This document shows, piece by piece, positions 59,887-64,000 of a DNA stretch of 64,000 nucleotides. The position numbers were made by a program, and so were the translations under genes. The first letter of the stretch is position 1. Every line of letters starts with the position of its first letter. Under the pieces are notes generated by a model, which made no database searches, had not been told where the DNA came from, and saw only the letters and a program-made list of their open reading frames with translations. Origin of the DNA: Haliotis cracherodii (Eukaryota); assembly GCF_022045235.1 (NCBI RefSeq), contig NW_027266297.1, positions 61,318,001 through 61,382,000 of the forward strand, given 5' to 3'.

Positions 59887-60530
59887 AACAAGAGTCATCA
59901 GAAAGATGACATAACCCCCCGGCAGATGTCTGTAAAGTAACCACTAGTAAATGTGCATTTCTGTATGTAATGAGTCAACAGTTTAAAGTTCTTTAAGAAG
60001 CATACATTGTATATCCACAAAAGATCCACCATGGTCGCATCCATATGAATGCCAAGTTTTGATCAAATACATTGAATGGTTTTCGAATTCTGCCCCAGAA
60101 ACGAACCTCATCCCCAATTGAGTCTATGTCCAACTTCATTCCATAAAAATTTAAAAAAATAAAAATTAGAAAAATCCCAAAATATCAAAAGGCAACACTT
60201 CAGTATGTGCCTGATAGCTTTGCCAAGTTTCGATCAAATACACTGAATGGTTTTTGAATTCTGCCCCGGAAACGAACCCCATCCCCAATTGAGTCTATGT
60301 CCAACGTCATTCCATAAAAAAAAAATTATTTTTTTTTTTAGAAAAATCCCAAAATACCAAAAGGCACCACTTCAGTATGTGCCTGATAGATTTGCCAAGT
60401 TTCGATCAAATACACTGAATGGTTTGGGAATCCTTCCCCTGGAAAAGGAAATGATTACGGATGGACAGACAGACTGGCTGATCGCTATATCACCCCGTAT
60501 TATATGCCGGGGGGGCGGGGGGGGTAAAAA
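59887..60530 (+). mobile_element. Helentron/HINE-like non-autonomous element with ~172-bp internal tandem repeats
   Basis: AACAAGAG start; units begin GCCAAGTTT at 60051, 60222 and 60394; ACGGATGGACAGACAGAC microsatellite and terminal CCCC/GGGG palindrome. Confidence 0.65.
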
Positions 60531-63073
60531 GTAAGTGTATGACCTGTTGCCAACTTCTATCCCTGCCCTAAGGAAGAGTTTGGCCATTAACAATTTTTTT
60601 GTCTGGCTATGACATTGACCTTTGACATAGCAGATCAATGTGTTATTCCAAAGATGTCCAAGCAATGCATGGTTTCATCCGATAACTGTGGCTATCAAAC
60701 TGAGGCAAAATATTGGAAAATCCCCATTTACACACCTGGCTAAAGAAACATAAACAACAAACAAATTATCAATTTCTTTTATTTATATGCCTATATCACA
60801 CACTGAACATTGTTCACATGATGGTTCCTGATGCAGTATGCAATTTCCTCCTATTCTTCAATACTCATAACAGAGTGGGATAACTGTTCGCTTGAAAGCA
60901 TAAGCAGACCATGCTCACCAGTTCAGAGTTACTTGCCCTCAAATATCCTTTCCCTTCTATATTGCCATGGAAAAACAGGAACCAGGATGAGGGGAGGCCA
61001 GATTGGCTCTATCCCTGTTGCATTGTGTTAGTAGAATTGTGAACATTCTATTTGGTGTTTGGGTCCACATTTATAGACAAGTAGTCGCAAACATCATTCC
61101 TTTCAAGTGATTACCACATGGCCAAAGACAATAATTTCTTCAACGTCCTTGAAGGGTCCCACTCCGACATGGCATTGGTTGGTCTTCTCACATTAGCCAG
61201 ACCAGCCTTTGTGAGTGTGTCCCAGTGTCAATTGGGATATAACTTCTTGGTAGGCCCCCATTGAAATAACAGGATTCTCCTCATCACTGTCTGCCTATCA
61301 CTTCTGATATCTGGAAGGGTCCTTCCAGACTGTCAACCAGTCATCCGGGTATCTCAAGCTGGACTTCAGTTTCTGCAAAATTATGTATAAAGATTGTAGC
61401 AATAGAAAAGAATTGTTGCAACATGTACTTACAGATAAAAGGCAGCAAATTCACTTAATTTATCATCTTTGAGTTTTGTTATATACCAAACATTTGAGAT
61501 ATATATTGTTCCATGCTGATGAGTTGAAACAATCATTAACTGACATCTCTTAAAAATGCTTCCCATACAAGCCAAAGTAATAGATGAGGTAGCAAGTGGG
61601 CTCATTGATCGCTCGTAATCGTACCCAATAACGTGGGATGTTGTCCATAACAGTCATCATCGGTGCGTCTGGATCGAGCTCATAACATTAATCACTGGTT
61701 TGCCTAGTTGGGATTTGAGATTTGATTATTTATAATCCTTGTCATTTAGCTGAACTATTGTTGGATGTGGTGTTAAATGAGTGAAATGGGAAGAGAGCCC
61801 GAAGTGATGCAGGTCTTACATGTTTACCACTTTGATGAAACCCACAAGCAAGTGTATGATGCTACCCTCGATTCAAACCCACGACCATTGGTTTCTGTCA
61901 AGCCCAAGAGATGCAACTATGCACAGCAAGTTGTGGTGCCTTTGATAATTAGGCCATCCATGCCAACAGGTGATAAAGAACAAGCAAACTGAAAAAATAT
62001 TTGCAGAATAGCTACATGAACATGATGAACCAAACAGAATAATTTCAAATATTTACCACTCACTGCTACTCTTCTCTTGTTCCTCATTGCTTCCCTTTTT
62101 CCATTGATGCTGTGCAGATGACTGACTCATTCATTCATCCAGACATTCTGCAAAAATAAGTAGCATTCACATTACAGAATTATCCAAACTGTACATGCTG
62201 TACATTGAATTCAATTGAAAAGGCCCCAGTTGAGTTTCCAACTTAGAACTGTCCTTATTAAAATATTTCATCCCAAACATTCAGAGATAAAACATAATCC
62301 CATATTTAACAACTGTCAAACAATTATTGGGTCATTCAACATACACTTTACATAGGGAATCACTTGTTGGAAAAAAGATCCTCGCCAAGGTCAGAGTCAT
62401 TCAATGAAATATTGAATTATTTAGTTATGAAGCTTATACAAAACAAGGACAAAACAGTGTAATTATAAAAATATGTTAAGCGTAAAAAAAAGTAAAGTCT
62501 TTGGTGGCCATTATTGTAAATTATAGTCTGTATTAGCATCCCACAAAAGTTTAGAGTTAATAATCGTTCCTAGATCTTTGTACATTTCTTCATTATCTAT
62601 AAAAAGCGGATCTAATTTGGATCATCTTGTTTTGACCACAAATCCATTACGCCCCTTATGCAAATCCTTGTCGTCATAACAAACAGTTGACCATAATACT
62701 AAAAAAAGGACCCTTGGCGTTTACGGTAAAGTATGTAGAGCAGGAAAATATCAAAATCAATCCGTTCCATAAGATCTCTGCACGGAAATCATAAGGTCAC
62801 GAAGCCCTGCTACGTACCTGGCATCCGCATTTGCTGCCAATCGCCTTTCCAAATACTGTTGACTTCCGCGTTGTGGATGGCTCAGAGGAACTTCGGCCGG
62901 CATTTCCGTGGTGGAGGTGAATGAGAACAATGTATCGATACACGAGGTAAGCTTATCGTAATCAAGCATGACAGTGTATATCGATACACGAGGTTTGTTT
63001 ACGTCCATGTTCTAAAATGGCGCCCTGGACCGCAGGGGAATATGGGTAAATTGGCTTGTTCCGGGTTAACACA

Positions 63074-63232
63074 AAGCTGGCCCCCCGTCTCTAATATCAA
63101 AATATTGTTTGGCGCAAGTTGGCGATGCGCATAGGGAGCCCGGAACCAGTTTAACACGACATAAGCTGGTTCCCGGCTCTCTATGCGCGTCGTCAACTTG
63201 CGCCAAGTTATATTAAAGACGAGGCCCAGCTT
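63074..63232. mobile_element. Fold-back MITE
   Basis: Arms TTGGCGCAAGTTGGCGATGCGCATAGGGAGCCCGGAACCAG / CTGGTTCCCGGCTCTCTATGCGCGTCGTCAACTTGCGCCAA; outer ends AAGCTGG...CCAGCTT. Confidence 0.7.
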
Positions 63233-64000
63233 ATACACTGAAAACGATCGGTCATTTCGTCAAAATTGGCCAAATATTGAGATTGCAGCTGAGGTAATGC
63301 TGGCAGCTGAAGTGACACATTAAGGTAAGGAATATGTGAATATTACAATGATCACGTATTAAAGTAATTTACCACATGTAAGCCTGTCACATGTGACACA
63401 TTAACTTTCATAGCCAACATGTAAGTAAATGTATCAGGATATAATTATATTTTTATATAACAAGTAGCCTGTCTATCATATGTTAGTATTTGCTTATGTA
63501 TATAATGAAGAAATATGTTTACTTTAACTGGATAATTTGTATGCTAATGTGACTCACTGTCTTATTTCATATACTCCCTTTACTCTGTGAGATGATTAAT
63601 AGCCTCAACATATTTTTCCAGATGTGAAGAATCAAGAACAGCTTTAATGACAGGGAAGTTTTGCATCAGAGATCATCGTGATGTGGAAGATAAGACATTT
63701 TAAGGGTATGAACATTTTCACTTGAACTAGCTGAACAATAACCATGATGACAACTTTATCATGGGGGAATTTTGGGTGGTGGGGTAGCCTAGTGGTTGAA
63801 GCGTTCACTCTTCGTGCTGAAGACCCATGCAGGTTTGATTCCTGCCACATAGCTGCGATATTGCTGAGTGTGGCGTTAAACATCAAACAAAGCTAACAGC
63901 CGCATACATACTCACATGGGGATTCCAGGTTGAAGTTAGTCCCCATCAACATGATCAACCTATGCTAGTTGTAAGAGATAACTTGATGGATCGGCTGATC

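Overview
This is AT-rich animal genomic DNA, most likely a gastropod such as abalone (Haliotis); that assignment is inferred from recalled SINE families. The main feature is a head-to-tail, plus-strand array of paralogous type I membrane receptors with Cys-rich EGF-like ectodomains (MEGF10/CED-1/SREC-like). It comprises one 3' partial gene (1-958), five complete gene models (6372-10430, 18314-21093, 23896-27449, 29964-33971, 47129-50954) and a probable seventh gene seen only as a signal-peptide exon (56682-56748). All share the exon plan signal | EGF | TM | cytoplasmic tail with intron phases 1/1/2. Each has a near-identical N-terminal Cys module and a stalk of variable length. The otherwise unalignable tails keep two conserved boxes, WxxxYWEI(H/Y/N)(D/E) and LI(K/R)KT(D/E/N)SIIxIEQNCDLSxVxxxYL(S/T)P. 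Spacers are filled with transposons: at least five SINE families (four sharing their 3' tail with an I/Nimb-like LINE also present here), Penelope remnants with hammerhead motifs, a 7.3-kb CACTA element, Tc1 remnants, a Helentron-like repeat and MITEs. Gene models were read by hand from splice signals and reading frames, without transcript evidence.
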